DNA from: Spirochaetaceae bacterium
Lineage (GTDB): Bacteria; Spirochaetota; Spirochaetia; Treponematales; Treponemataceae
Assembly (NCBI GenBank): GCA_017623685.1
Contig: JAGAOP010000016.1
Location: forward strand, 2,006 to 66,005
Direction of reading: 5' to 3'
Length of the DNA: 64,000 nucleotides
Shown here: positions 55,792 to 64,000 of the stretch, in pieces
Position numbering within the stretch: position 1 is the first letter of the stretch
Layout: every line of letters begins with the position of its first letter
Program-made: the position numbers and the translations under genes
Notes under the pieces: model-generated
The model's input: only the letters and a program-made list of their open reading frames with translations
Database searches by the model: none
Told to the model about the DNA's origin: nothing

Positions 55792-57696
55792 ATGGAGCAA
55801 ACATTACCAAAAATGCTTAAAAACGTTGTATCACAATATTCAGGTGTGGCTGCACAATATTCTCGAGATTCTAAAGGTAATTTTCAACCCGTTACATATA
55901 AAGACTTTTTTGAAACAATACAAAATATTGCAGCCGGTTTAATATCTATCGGTATTAAACGAGGGGATCATGTTGGATTAATTTCAGATAATCGAAAAGA
56001 ATGGCAACAATCAAGTATGGCCATAATGGCAATAGGTGCTGCAGATGTACCTCGTGGTTGCGATGCTACAGAACATGATTTACGATTTATATTAAATTCA
56101 GCAGATTGTTCAACTGTAATTGCGGAAAATTCAACTCAGGTAAAGAAAATTTTAGATTTAAAACAAGATTTACCTTCCCTAAAACAATTAATCTGCTTTG
56201 ATTCTTTTACAGAAGAAGATGTTAAATTTGCAAAAAACAAAAAAGTGGAAATCTTTTCTTTTGCTGAAATTATTTCCATTGGTGAAAAATACCGAGTTGC
56301 AAATCCCACAAAAATCGATGAAGAAATTGAATTGGGAACAGAAGACGATATTGCTTGTATTATCTTTACTTCTGGCACCACAGGAGAACCCAAAGGCGTA
56401 ATGCTGACTCATAAGAATTTTATCACCCAGTTAGATGAACTACAAGAAAGAATTTTTTTGTTTCCAGGAGACAAAGCACTTTGTGTTTTACCTGTTTGGC
56501 ATGCTTTTCAAAGACTTTGTGAATATGTTATTTTGGTTCAAGCTTCGGCTCTTTGCTATTCTAAACCTGTGGGAAGCATTTTACTTTCTGATATTCAAAA
56601 ACTTAATCCACAACTTATGCCTGCTGTACCTAGAGTTTTTGAATCTGTTTACGAAGGTGTTTTGCGAACAATGCGCAAAACTGGAGGTATAGTACTTGTA
56701 CTATTTAATTTTTTCACCTCGGTTTCATTGTTACATTCAAAGATAGACCGCAGACTTTTCCGAAAAACCGCTCGCTTCAAAAATGACTATTTAATACTTT
56801 CTTGGATAGCCTTGGTTATTCCATGGTTATTGCTGTACCCCTTAAAACTTTTAGGTGGTGTAATTGTATTCAAAAAAATACGTGCTAAGTTAGGAAAGAA
56901 TTTCCGTGCTGGAGTATCTGGTGGAGGAGCTCTACCTCCTCAAATAGACGCTTTCTTTTGGGCTATAGGTGTAAATGTGGTAGAAGGTTACGGACTTACA
57001 GAAACAGCTCCAGTTGTTTCTGTGCGCTCAATAAAAAATCCAATTTTTGGAACAGTAGGAAAACCGATTCGAGGTGTAGAAGTTCGCATTGTTGACGAAG
57101 ATGGAAATGTGTTACCTCGTTGTAAAAAAGGTGTAGTTCAAGTTCGTGGTGGAACAGTAATGAAAGGTTACTATAAACGTGATGATTTAACTGCAAAGGT
57201 AATGCACGATGATTGGTTTGACACTGGAGATATCGGTATTTTAACAATAGATGGTGAACTTGTTCTAAAAGGTCGCATGAAAGATACTATCGTTCTTCGT
57301 GGAGGTGAAAATATTGAACCTGCTGCAATTGAAATGCAGATTAACGACTCTCGCTATGTAATTCAATCTATGGTAGTTGGACAAGACCAACGTTATCTTG
57401 GCGCCTTAATTATTCCTTGCCAAGAAGAAGTTATAAACTATGCCACAGAAAACGGTATTCCTCATTCAAGCTATGCTGATTTACTAAAAAAAGATGAAAT
57501 TATCAAGCTAATTGATTCCGAGGTACAGAATATAGTAAATGCGAAAAACGGATTTAAGATGTTTGAAAAGATTTCTAGAATAGTGCTAATTCCTAAACCC
57601 TTTGAAGTAGGCATAGAACTTTCTGCAAAACAAGAAATAATGCGCCATAAAATCTCTACAATTTATTCTAAAGAAATAGAAACCATGTTCAATTAG
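55792..57696 (+). CDS. fadD: Long-chain fatty acid--CoA ligase
   Basis: IIFTSGTTGEPKG, EGYGLTE, WFDTGD, GRMKD, GGENIEP; ATG at 55792 after GGAG preferred. Confidence 0.9.
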   Translation: MEQTLPKMLKNVVSQYSGVAAQYSRDSKGNFQPVTYKDFFETIQNIAAGLISIGIKRGDHVGLISDNRKEWQQSSMAIMAIGAADVPRGCDATEHDLRFILNSADCSTVIAENSTQVKKILDLKQDLPSLKQLICFDSFTEEDVKFAKNKKVEIFSFAEIISIGEKYRVANPTKIDEEIELGTEDDIACIIFTSGTTGEPKGVMLTHKNFITQLDELQERIFLFPGDKALCVLPVWHAFQRLCEYVILVQASALCYSKPVGSILLSDIQKLNPQLMPAVPRVFESVYEGVLRTMRKTGGIVLVLFNFFTSVSLLHSKIDRRLFRKTARFKNDYLILSWIALVIPWLLLYPLKLLGGVIVFKKIRAKLGKNFRAGVSGGGALPPQIDAFFWAIGVNVVEGYGLTETAPVVSVRSIKNPIFGTVGKPIRGVEVRIVDEDGNVLPRCKKGVVQVRGGTVMKGYYKRDDLTAKVMHDDWFDTGDIGILTIDGELVLKGRMKDTIVLRGGENIEPAAIEMQINDSRYVIQSMVVGQDQRYLGALIIPCQEEVINYATENGIPHSSYADLLKKDEIIKLIDSEVQNIVNAKNGFKMFEKISRIVLIPKPFEVGIELSAKQEIMRHKISTIYSKEIETMFN

Positions 57697-57737
57697 TATT
57701 GGGTTTTGACATTATTAAACAACATGAATTAAATTAT

Positions 57738-57785
57738 AAAGGGCTGGCTTAGAAGTTTTTTACTTCAAAAGACAGTCCTTTTTTT
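57738..57785. terminator. Bidirectional terminator (fadD / P-type ATPase)
   Basis: aaagggctg..gaagt / acttc..cagtccttt followed by a T run. Confidence 0.7.
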
Positions 57786-57798
57786 GTAAATGAAATTA

Positions 57799-60423
57799 TC
57801 AAATACTTCCCATCAGTTTATCTCTGATTACCTTTACTATCTGAATAATAAACGTAGGAATAAATGCAAGACCAACGATCAAACTTATTTGCTGTATATT
57901 CAAATATGCTACAGTAAATAATTTATTTAAAATTGGAACAATCATTACTAACAACAACAAGATAACTCCCGCAAGGAAGGCGAGAAGACTCCATTTATTT
58001 GATAAAAACTTAATAGAAAAAATTGATCTATCGCTTCTACAGTTAAAACCATGGAACAAACGAGCCAAGGTAAGACTTGCAAATGCAAAAGTACTTGCAT
58101 ACATAGCAGATATGGAATATCCACAAAAGAAAGCAACCATAGTAACACATGCAATGGGTAATGCGTAGGCAAATAACAAAGAAGCAAATTTTCCAGTTAA
58201 AAAGCCTTTTTTAGGGTCGCGAGGTTTATTTTTCAAAAGATTTTTGTCAGAAGGTTCCATTCCAATAGCTAAAGCAGGAAGTGAATCTGTAAGCAGATTT
58301 ATAAATAGCAAATGCACAGGTTCAAAAGGAGTTGGAAGTGCAAACACTGAACATAATAACACAACAATTATTGCAGCCAAATTTCCAGACAATAAGAATT
58401 GAATTGCATTAAGAATGTTTCTATATACATTTCGTCCATTTAACACTGCTTTGATTATTGTTGCAAAGTTGTCGTCAACAAGAATCATAGCAGCAGCATC
58501 CTTTGAAACTTCAGTTCCTGTAATTCCCATTGCAACACCAAGTTCCGCTTTTTTTAGAGCAGGAGCATCATTTACTCCATCTCCTGTCATTGAAACAATT
58601 TTGCCTTTTTTCTGCCAAGCCTCTACAATACGAATTTTATTTTCAGGCGAAACACGAGCATAAACACTAACTCGTTCAAGGATTTCTGCTAATTCATCAT
58701 CAGTTAATTTATCTAGTTCTTGCCCCGTAAGCGCCATATCCCCATCTTTAAAAATTCCAATTTGCCGAGCTATTGCTGTAGCAGTAACTTTGTGATCTCC
58801 TGTAATCATAACAGGCCTAATTCCTGCTCTTTGTGCATCAGCAACAGCTTGAATAGATTCAGGACGAGGTGGGTCTACCATAGAAACAAGTCCAATAAAG
58901 GTGTAATTATTTTCACCTACTTCAACAAGTGATTCATTATTGCCAAGTTCTTTGTATGCAAAAGATAAAACACGTAAACCGTTTTCAGAAAAAATTCTAT
59001 TTTGGTTCAAAATATTTTCTTTATCTTGTTCAGTTATTTTTCTAATTCCATCTTCTGTAAGAATGTTGACTGTTCTATCCAAAAGAACATCTAAAGCTCC
59101 TTTTGTAAATACTGTAGAAACATCATTGATAATATATCTTGTACTCATAAGTTTTCTATCAGAATCAAATGGAATTTCCTCTAGCCTTTCCATATTTTGT
59201 CTAAAATAATTTTCGTTTACACCTTCTTCTTTATAAGATGCTTGTCGAGCCATTGAAAGAAGGCAATATTCTGTTGGGTCACCAATCCCTGTTCCATCTT
59301 TAATTGTGGAATCATTATTTAAAATTGCATTATATAACAAATATTCGTGAGTCTTTTTGCTAAAATCCAGTTCTTGTGGCTTTATACACTTTCCATCTGT
59401 ATAAATTTCTTGAACTGTCATTTTGTTTTGGGTTAAAGTTCCTGTTTTATCTGAACAAATAACAGAAACAGAACCAAGTGATTCTACCGCTTTAAGTTCT
59501 TTAATAATGGCATTTTCTGTTGCCATTTTTCTTGTTCCCATAGCTTGCACAATTGTAACGATTGAACTTAGGGCTTCTGGAATAGCTGCAACTGCAAGTG
59601 CAACTGCGAACATCAAGGAATCAATAATTGGTTGTCCTTGCCATAATCTGAGAGCAAATACAATACAACTGATTATCATGATAATGATAGCAAGTTTTTT
59701 TCCAAAGTCATCTAAACTTTTTTGAAGAGGAGTCTTTTTTTGACTTGTATCATTCATAAGTTGAGCAATTTTACCCATTTCAGTATTCATTCCAGTGCCA
59801 GTAACAAGAACTGTTGCTCTACCATAAGTAACAAGACTTCCTGAATAAACCATATTCACTCTGTCTCCAAGAGGAAGAGCTTCAGAAATTTCCATATCTT
59901 TTTTATCTACATTGGTTGATTCACCAGTAAGAGAACTTTCATTCACCTGTAATGAATAGTTGTTTACAATTCTTCCGTCAGCAACAATCATATCTCCTGC
60001 TTCTAAAAGAACAATATCGCCCTTTACAACATCTTTTGAAAGAATTTCTTGTTTAATTCCATCTCTTAAAACTTTTACATGGGGGGAAGATAAAGCTTTT
60101 AATGATTCAAGAGATTTTTCGGCTTTTACATACTGAACTGTTCCAAGAATAGCGTTTAATATAATTACTGCAATAATAACTATAGTACTTTCAAGATTTC
60201 CTGATATCATAGAAATAATTGCTGCAACAATAAGGATGATAACTAATAAATCTGCAAACTGTCCTAAAAAAACAGATAAAACACTTTTTCTTTCTGTTTC
60301 TTTAAGAACATTTTCACCATCCTGCTCTAATCTTTTTTTTGCTTCTTCCCTTGTTAAGCCCTTGCTAACATCAACATTGGACAAAAGCTCATCCTTTTTG
60401 ATTTGATAAATCTCTTTTACCAC
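57799..60423 (-). CDS. P-type IIA cation ATPase (YoaB/MgtA-like; probable Mn2+/Ca2+ exporter)
   Basis: TGES, AAIPEAL, DKTGTLT, TGD, TGDGVNDAPALK; GTG start with SD GGAGG; preceded by yybP-ykoY. Confidence 0.93.
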   Translation of the reverse strand: MVKEIYQIKKDELLSNVDVSKGLTREEAKKRLEQDGENVLKETERKSVLSVFLGQFADLLVIILIVAAIISMISGNLESTIVIIAVIILNAILGTVQYVKAEKSLESLKALSSPHVKVLRDGIKQEILSKDVVKGDIVLLEAGDMIVADGRIVNNYSLQVNESSLTGESTNVDKKDMEISEALPLGDRVNMVYSGSLVTYGRATVLVTGTGMNTEMGKIAQLMNDTSQKKTPLQKSLDDFGKKLAIIIMIISCIVFALRLWQGQPIIDSLMFAVALAVAAIPEALSSIVTIVQAMGTRKMATENAIIKELKAVESLGSVSVICSDKTGTLTQNKMTVQEIYTDGKCIKPQELDFSKKTHEYLLYNAILNNDSTIKDGTGIGDPTEYCLLSMARQASYKEEGVNENYFRQNMERLEEIPFDSDRKLMSTRYIINDVSTVFTKGALDVLLDRTVNILTEDGIRKITEQDKENILNQNRIFSENGLRVLSFAYKELGNNESLVEVGENNYTFIGLVSMVDPPRPESIQAVADAQRAGIRPVMITGDHKVTATAIARQIGIFKDGDMALTGQELDKLTDDELAEILERVSVYARVSPENKIRIVEAWQKKGKIVSMTGDGVNDAPALKKAELGVAMGITGTEVSKDAAAMILVDDNFATIIKAVLNGRNVYRNILNAIQFLLSGNLAAIIVVLLCSVFALPTPFEPVHLLFINLLTDSLPALAIGMEPSDKNLLKNKPRDPKKGFLTGKFASLLFAYALPIACVTMVAFFCGYSISAMYASTFAFASLTLARLFHGFNCRSDRSIFSIKFLSNKWSLLAFLAGVILLLLVMIVPILNKLFTVAYLNIQQISLIVGLAFIPTFIIQIVKVIRDKLMGSI

Positions 60424-60451
60424 AACAAATCCTCCAAAATAATTTTTTTGT

Positions 60452-60499
60452 AAAAAAAAAGACCTTTTGCATACAGTTATCCTATATGCAAAAGGTCTT
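60452..60499 (-). terminator. Riboswitch expression-platform terminator
   Basis: AAGACCTTTTGCATA / TATGCAAAAGGTCTT 15-bp stem followed by a U run; its 5' arm is shared with the aptamer P1. Confidence 0.9.
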
Positions 60500-60596
60500 G
60501 TTCAATTTACATTGCCTAGTATCCGGTTTTCTTTGCAGAAAACGTGATGACGAATAATAGGACACATATTACATGTGCAACTACTCCCCTTTTTAT
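60488..60596 (-). ncRNA. yybP-ykoY (Mn2+-sensing) riboswitch
   Basis: Minus strand AAAGGGGAGTAG...TCGTCATCACG...CCGG...CAAGACCTTT, the hallmark segments; promoter TTTACA-N17-TAATAT at 60640-60612. Confidence 0.92.
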
Positions 60597-60647
60597 ACGT
60601 GAGCGTAATTTATATTAACATTCGTAAAAAAAATTGTAAATAATCAA

Positions 60648-60776
60648 ATGTGTAAAAATGATGAATTTAATGTTAAAGAAATGGTATTAACATGGATTCT
60701 TACCTTTCCAGACAGAGGTCTAGTTGGAGCGGATTTGATGAAATTTAAAAATAGTATTGGTGAGGTGAAAGAATGA
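60648..60776 (+). pseudogene. Remnant resembling the C-terminus of a PiT inorganic phosphate transporter
   Basis: Translates as MCKNDEFNVKEMVLTWILTFPDRGLVGADLMKFKNSIGEVKE; VKEMVLTWILTFP..GLVG matches my recollection of the Firmicute PiT C-terminal motif. Confidence 0.55.
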
Positions 60777-60909
60777 ATTTTTACACCTTTTTTTATGTTT
60801 TAAATGGGTTAAAAATAGGCTTAAAAGACTTATTATTTGATTATTTTTTATCTTTTTTTCTAAGTCTTAGATAATTACTAATTTAAGTTTTTCAAAAGGT
60901 GTTTTTGGC

Positions 60910-60938
60910 TTGACTTAACACTTCTATTTTTATACCAT
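60910..60938 (+). promoter_or_regulatory. Sigma70 promoter of def-fmt-PASTA
   Basis: TTGACT-N17-TACCAT, 9 nt before the ATG; no SD. Confidence 0.65.
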
Positions 60939-60947
60939 ATTTATAGT

Positions 60948-61493
60948 ATGAAGATATTACGTTTAGGTGACGACATTTTAAGGCAAAAATCTGAACCTGT
61001 TACAGAAGTGAATGATGAACTTCTAAAAACTATAGATGAAATGTTTATTACCATGGAAAATGGTAATGGGGTTGGTCTTGCTGCTCCTCAAGTTGGGATA
61101 TTAAAAAGATTTTTTGTAATACTTGCTGATGACGATATAAAAAGAGTTTTTATTAATCCCCAAATAATTGCCACATCAACAGAAATGTGCGATTACGAAG
61201 AAGGTTGTCTTAGTATTCCTAATGTATGGGAAACTATTTCTCGGCCAGCAAAAGTTACAGTACAAGCCCTTAATGAACGAGGGAGACCTTTTACCTTAGA
61301 AGCAGAAGGTTTTTTAGCAAGAATTATTCAGCATGAATATGACCATTTGGATGGAATTCTTTACATCGACCGTGGTGATCTAGATTTTAAGCAAAAAACT
61401 ATTGAATCTTTTCAGATAAAAGCTACTAGACGAAAAGAAAAGGAATTAGAAAAAGCCGCCAAATTAGCAAAAAAACGGAGACGTAATGCTTAA
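60948..61493 (+). CDS. def: Peptide deformylase
   Basis: GVGLAAPQ, EGCLS, QHEYDHLDG. Confidence 0.97.
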   Translation: MKILRLGDDILRQKSEPVTEVNDELLKTIDEMFITMENGNGVGLAAPQVGILKRFFVILADDDIKRVFINPQIIATSTEMCDYEEGCLSIPNVWETISRPAKVTVQALNERGRPFTLEAEGFLARIIQHEYDHLDGILYIDRGDLDFKQKTIESFQIKATRRKEKELEKAAKLAKKRRRNA

Positions 61494-62472
61494 TATTGTT
61501 TATGCAGGAAGTCCAGATGTAGCTGCAATTCCTTTACTTAAACTTGCAGAAGCTCAGGCAAAGGGGGCTTCGTTTCGTATTGTTGGAATTTTAACAAATC
61601 CAGCTTCGGCTCAAAAACGAAGTAAAGAACTTATTCCCACACCTGTTGCTCAGACAGCTTCAGAAATTCAGCAAAAATTTAATTTGCAAATTCCTGTTCT
61701 TACTCCAGAAAAGTTAGATGCCCAGGCTCGTAACCAAATAGCCTCTTTAAATCCTGATTTACTGGTTTGCTTTGCTTATGGACACTTTTTTGGTCCTAAA
61801 TTTATGGAATTATTTCCTCTTGGAGGAATCAATTTACATCCTTCCTTGCTACCAAAATATCGTGGTTGCGCACCTGTACCGGCAGCTATTTTAAACCTAG
61901 ACGAAAAAACTGGTGTAACGATTCAAAAAATTGCACAAGAAATGGACGCTGGAGATATTTTAGAGCAATGTATCATAGATCTTTCAGGGACAGAAACAAC
62001 TTCCTTTTTATTGAAAAAGGCAGCTGAACTTGGGGCGGAACTTCTCTTAAAAATTGTAACAGAGGCTTCAACAAAAGGAGAACTTCCACAGGGAAAACCT
62101 CAGGACGGGTCTTTAGCAACAACTTGTACTTCTCTTTGTAAGGAAGATGGCTGTATAAACTGGCAACTTTCTGCAAAAGAAATTGACGCTAGGGTTCGTG
62201 CATTTTCTCCTTGGCCCGGAACCTTTACAGAAGCAAATGGAAATATACTTAAAATACTAGAAACATGTCTTTATCCAAACCAATGTCATACAGAAAATAT
62301 TGCAGGAAGTGTGATTGGAACTGATAAACAATTTGGAATTATGGTTCAAACAGGGAATGGAATAATTTGTATACAACGCCTTCAGTGGCAAACAAAAAAA
62401 GCCGTCAACTGGAAAGAATTTATTAATGGTTCCCGAAACTTTTTGGGTACAATTTTAGGTAAACAGGACTAA
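61486..62472 (+). CDS. fmt: Methionyl-tRNA formyltransferase
   Basis: INLHPSLLPKYRG, MDAGDI, RAFSPWPG; follows def. Confidence 0.96.
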   Translation: MLNIVYAGSPDVAAIPLLKLAEAQAKGASFRIVGILTNPASAQKRSKELIPTPVAQTASEIQQKFNLQIPVLTPEKLDAQARNQIASLNPDLLVCFAYGHFFGPKFMELFPLGGINLHPSLLPKYRGCAPVPAAILNLDEKTGVTIQKIAQEMDAGDILEQCIIDLSGTETTSFLLKKAAELGAELLLKIVTEASTKGELPQGKPQDGSLATTCTSLCKEDGCINWQLSAKEIDARVRAFSPWPGTFTEANGNILKILETCLYPNQCHTENIAGSVIGTDKQFGIMVQTGNGIICIQRLQWQTKKAVNWKEFINGSRNFLGTILGKQD

Positions 62473-62476
62473 TCTT

Positions 62477-63511
62477 ATGAAAAAGGTAAAAGATTTTTTT
62501 TCAAAGCTCAAAGTTGGATTTAATTCTGGAATGCAATCTCTTGATTCTAGCGGAAAAGCATTAGGGCTTACTTTTTTAGCAGCTCTTGTGATTATGGTAG
62601 CTGTTTGTGTTGCTGTTTTTTTCGTTACAGTAAAGGGAGCTGAAGAGGTTCTTGTTCCAAATGTAGTCGGAAAATCCTTAGAAGAAGGCATCTTAGAAAT
62701 GCAAGTTAAGGAATTATTTCCAAAAATTCAACTAAGATATTCCAATAAAGTTGGAGACGAGGGAATTATTCTTGAGCAAAACCCACCTGGAGGTACAATT
62801 ACAAAAGCAAGTCGCTACATAGAACTTGTGGTAAGCCGTGGTGTTGTTATTGGTCAAGTTGAAAACTATGTAGGTATGCAACTTGATGAGTTAAGAATGA
62901 ATCTTCAAACTCTTTTTTCTGGTTCTACAAAACCACTCATCATCTTAGATGAACCAATGTACAAAGCTGATTCTTCTGCAGCAGGAACAATTCTAGAACA
63001 AGATCCTCCTGCTGGTACAAAAATTTCTGACCCAATAACACTTTCCCTTGTGGTAAGCCGTGGACCTACTTTTGAAAAAACTCGTGTTCCTATGTTAGTG
63101 GGAATGTCAGTAAACGACGTTTTAACTCAAATGTCCAGAAGCAAAATTGCATTTGATTTTACTGCTGAATATTCACCTGAAGTTGCAGATAGCACAGAAA
63201 AAACTGGAATTGTTGTTTCTCAGCAGCAAACCGACGAATTTGTGACAAACTACAGCAAAGTTTCAGCTTCTTTTATTTTCCCTTCTTTGCCTGTAAACGG
63301 AAATACTTATGGAATTTTTGCAACTAATCTGCCTTCTTATCCCTACGCATTATCTATAAGAGTAGAGGCATTTTCAGATGGAGAGCATTATAATCTAGTT
63401 CAATTTAGCCATCCTGGTGGCCGTGTAACTATTCCCTACGCTGTTCCTGCAGGTACAACACTTGTTCTTTATGTAGAAGATAAAGAAACAGCAAGAATAA
63501 CTGTTCAGTAA
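62477..63511 (+). CDS. Membrane-anchored PASTA-domain protein (no kinase domain)
   Basis: One TM followed by repeats VPNVVGK..ILEQNP..LVVSRG. Confidence 0.88.
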   Translation: MKKVKDFFSKLKVGFNSGMQSLDSSGKALGLTFLAALVIMVAVCVAVFFVTVKGAEEVLVPNVVGKSLEEGILEMQVKELFPKIQLRYSNKVGDEGIILEQNPPGGTITKASRYIELVVSRGVVIGQVENYVGMQLDELRMNLQTLFSGSTKPLIILDEPMYKADSSAAGTILEQDPPAGTKISDPITLSLVVSRGPTFEKTRVPMLVGMSVNDVLTQMSRSKIAFDFTAEYSPEVADSTEKTGIVVSQQQTDEFVTNYSKVSASFIFPSLPVNGNTYGIFATNLPSYPYALSIRVEAFSDGEHYNLVQFSHPGGRVTIPYAVPAGTTLVLYVEDKETARITVQ

Positions 63512-63529
63512 AATTCAACATATTTTAAT

Positions 63530-63576
63530 AAAACCCTTAATTTTGAATGTAAAGTTCAATTTTAAGGGTTTTTTTT
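63530..63576 (+). terminator. Intrinsic terminator (def operon)
   Basis: aaaacccttaa / ttaagggtttt followed by a T run. Confidence 0.75.
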
Positions 63577-63653
63577 AAGTTTTACCTCTCACCCACAAAG
63601 CAAGGATTTGTTGTAAAAATATTCTTCTTTGCTTTATCACAGGCTAAGTACAC

Positions 63654-63689
63654 AAAAAAAGCAACCGGAACTTTTGTCCCGATTGCTTT
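63654..63689 (-). terminator. Intrinsic terminator (hydrogenase)
   Basis: Minus strand aaagcaatcgggac-aaaa-gttccggttgc followed by T7. Confidence 0.8.
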
Positions 63690-63710
63690 AGGTTTTTAGG
63701 TTAGCAAAAA

Positions 63711-64000
63711 TTACTTATACAAAGGTCTTTTTGTATAAGTTGTATGTAGCAAGTGATGTGACTTTTCACCACAGGGTTTCAACAAGAAATCATCATACAA
63801 CTTGATAACATCTGGGTTTTTATGAGAAACACGAATTTCGCTATCCTTATCGTCTTTGTATAGACCGGCTGCACGAGCTGCACGAATTTCATCATTAGAA
63901 CCATAAGGTTGTCCTCCACCACTAACACATCCACCTCGACAAGCCATAACTTCGATAAAGTGATATGGAGGCTCTTTTCCTTCAGCAATAGCTTTGCGTA
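63711..64000 (-). CDS. [FeFe]-hydrogenase catalytic subunit, C-terminal part (truncated by window edge)
   Basis: H-cluster P3 motif YHFIEVMACRGGCVSGGGQP and small-subunit-like tail SHKNP...SHHLLHTTY; frame is open to the window end. Confidence 0.92.
   Translation of the reverse strand, partial: RKAIAEGKEPPYHFIEVMACRGGCVSGGGQPYGSNDEIRAARAAGLYKDDKDSEIRVSHKNPDVIKLYDDFLLKPCGEKSHHLLHTTYTKRPLYK

Noticed and set aside
60773-60874. Small ORF after the SD GAGGTG in the pit remnant
   Set aside because: Low-complexity Phe/Leu translation of T-rich DNA with no support as a real gene.
222-63988. Many 60-146 aa ORFs antisense to or nested in real genes (e.g. 376-765, 12348-12695, 29171-29581, 34833-35273)
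   Set aside because: Shadow frames of well-supported CDSs, with no SD or recognisable motifs.
1-64000. CRISPR array, IS element, integrase, prophage, rRNA or tRNA
   Set aside because: No repeat-spacer periodicity, recombinase or phage proteins, or structural RNA signatures were seen.

Overview
AT-rich, gene-dense chromosomal segment of a spirochaete, most likely a gut or rumen Treponema-like organism. The assignment rests on gene order (alaS-surA-like-nusB-TPR/groES/sigma, def-fmt-PASTA, tatD-dus-hyp-GGDEF-rhomboid), a stand-alone groES, a short AlaS and spirochaetal lipoboxes. About 50 CDS are present, mostly housekeeping: alaS, nusB, groES, recG, dnaE, ftsK, gltA, rny, cheR/cheB, rlmE, tatD, dusB, fadD, def, fmt. 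Accessory functions include a GH3-family adenylating enzyme, a galactofuranose/phosphoglycerol surface-glycan trio, metF with a methionine-synthase reactivation domain facing a BtuFCD-like importer, a yybP-ykoY riboswitch-controlled P-type ATPase, and the 3' end of an [FeFe]-hydrogenase. No rRNA, tRNA, CRISPR array, transposase or prophage was seen. The most interesting signals are non-coding. (1) A sigma54 (-24/-12) promoter with two tandem enhancer-like sites precedes an RpoS-like sigma factor, suggesting a Borrelia-type RpoN-to-RpoS cascade. (2) Eight genes share an exact -35/N17/-10/N6/ATG layout that implies leaderless mRNAs. (3) A GC-rich intergenic element carries CsrA-consensus hairpins. 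(4) Sigma28-like promoters precede ftsK and rlmE-M23. (5) An unannotated phosphate-transporter gene remnant sits beside the Mn riboswitch. All calls come from reading the sequence; no searches were run.
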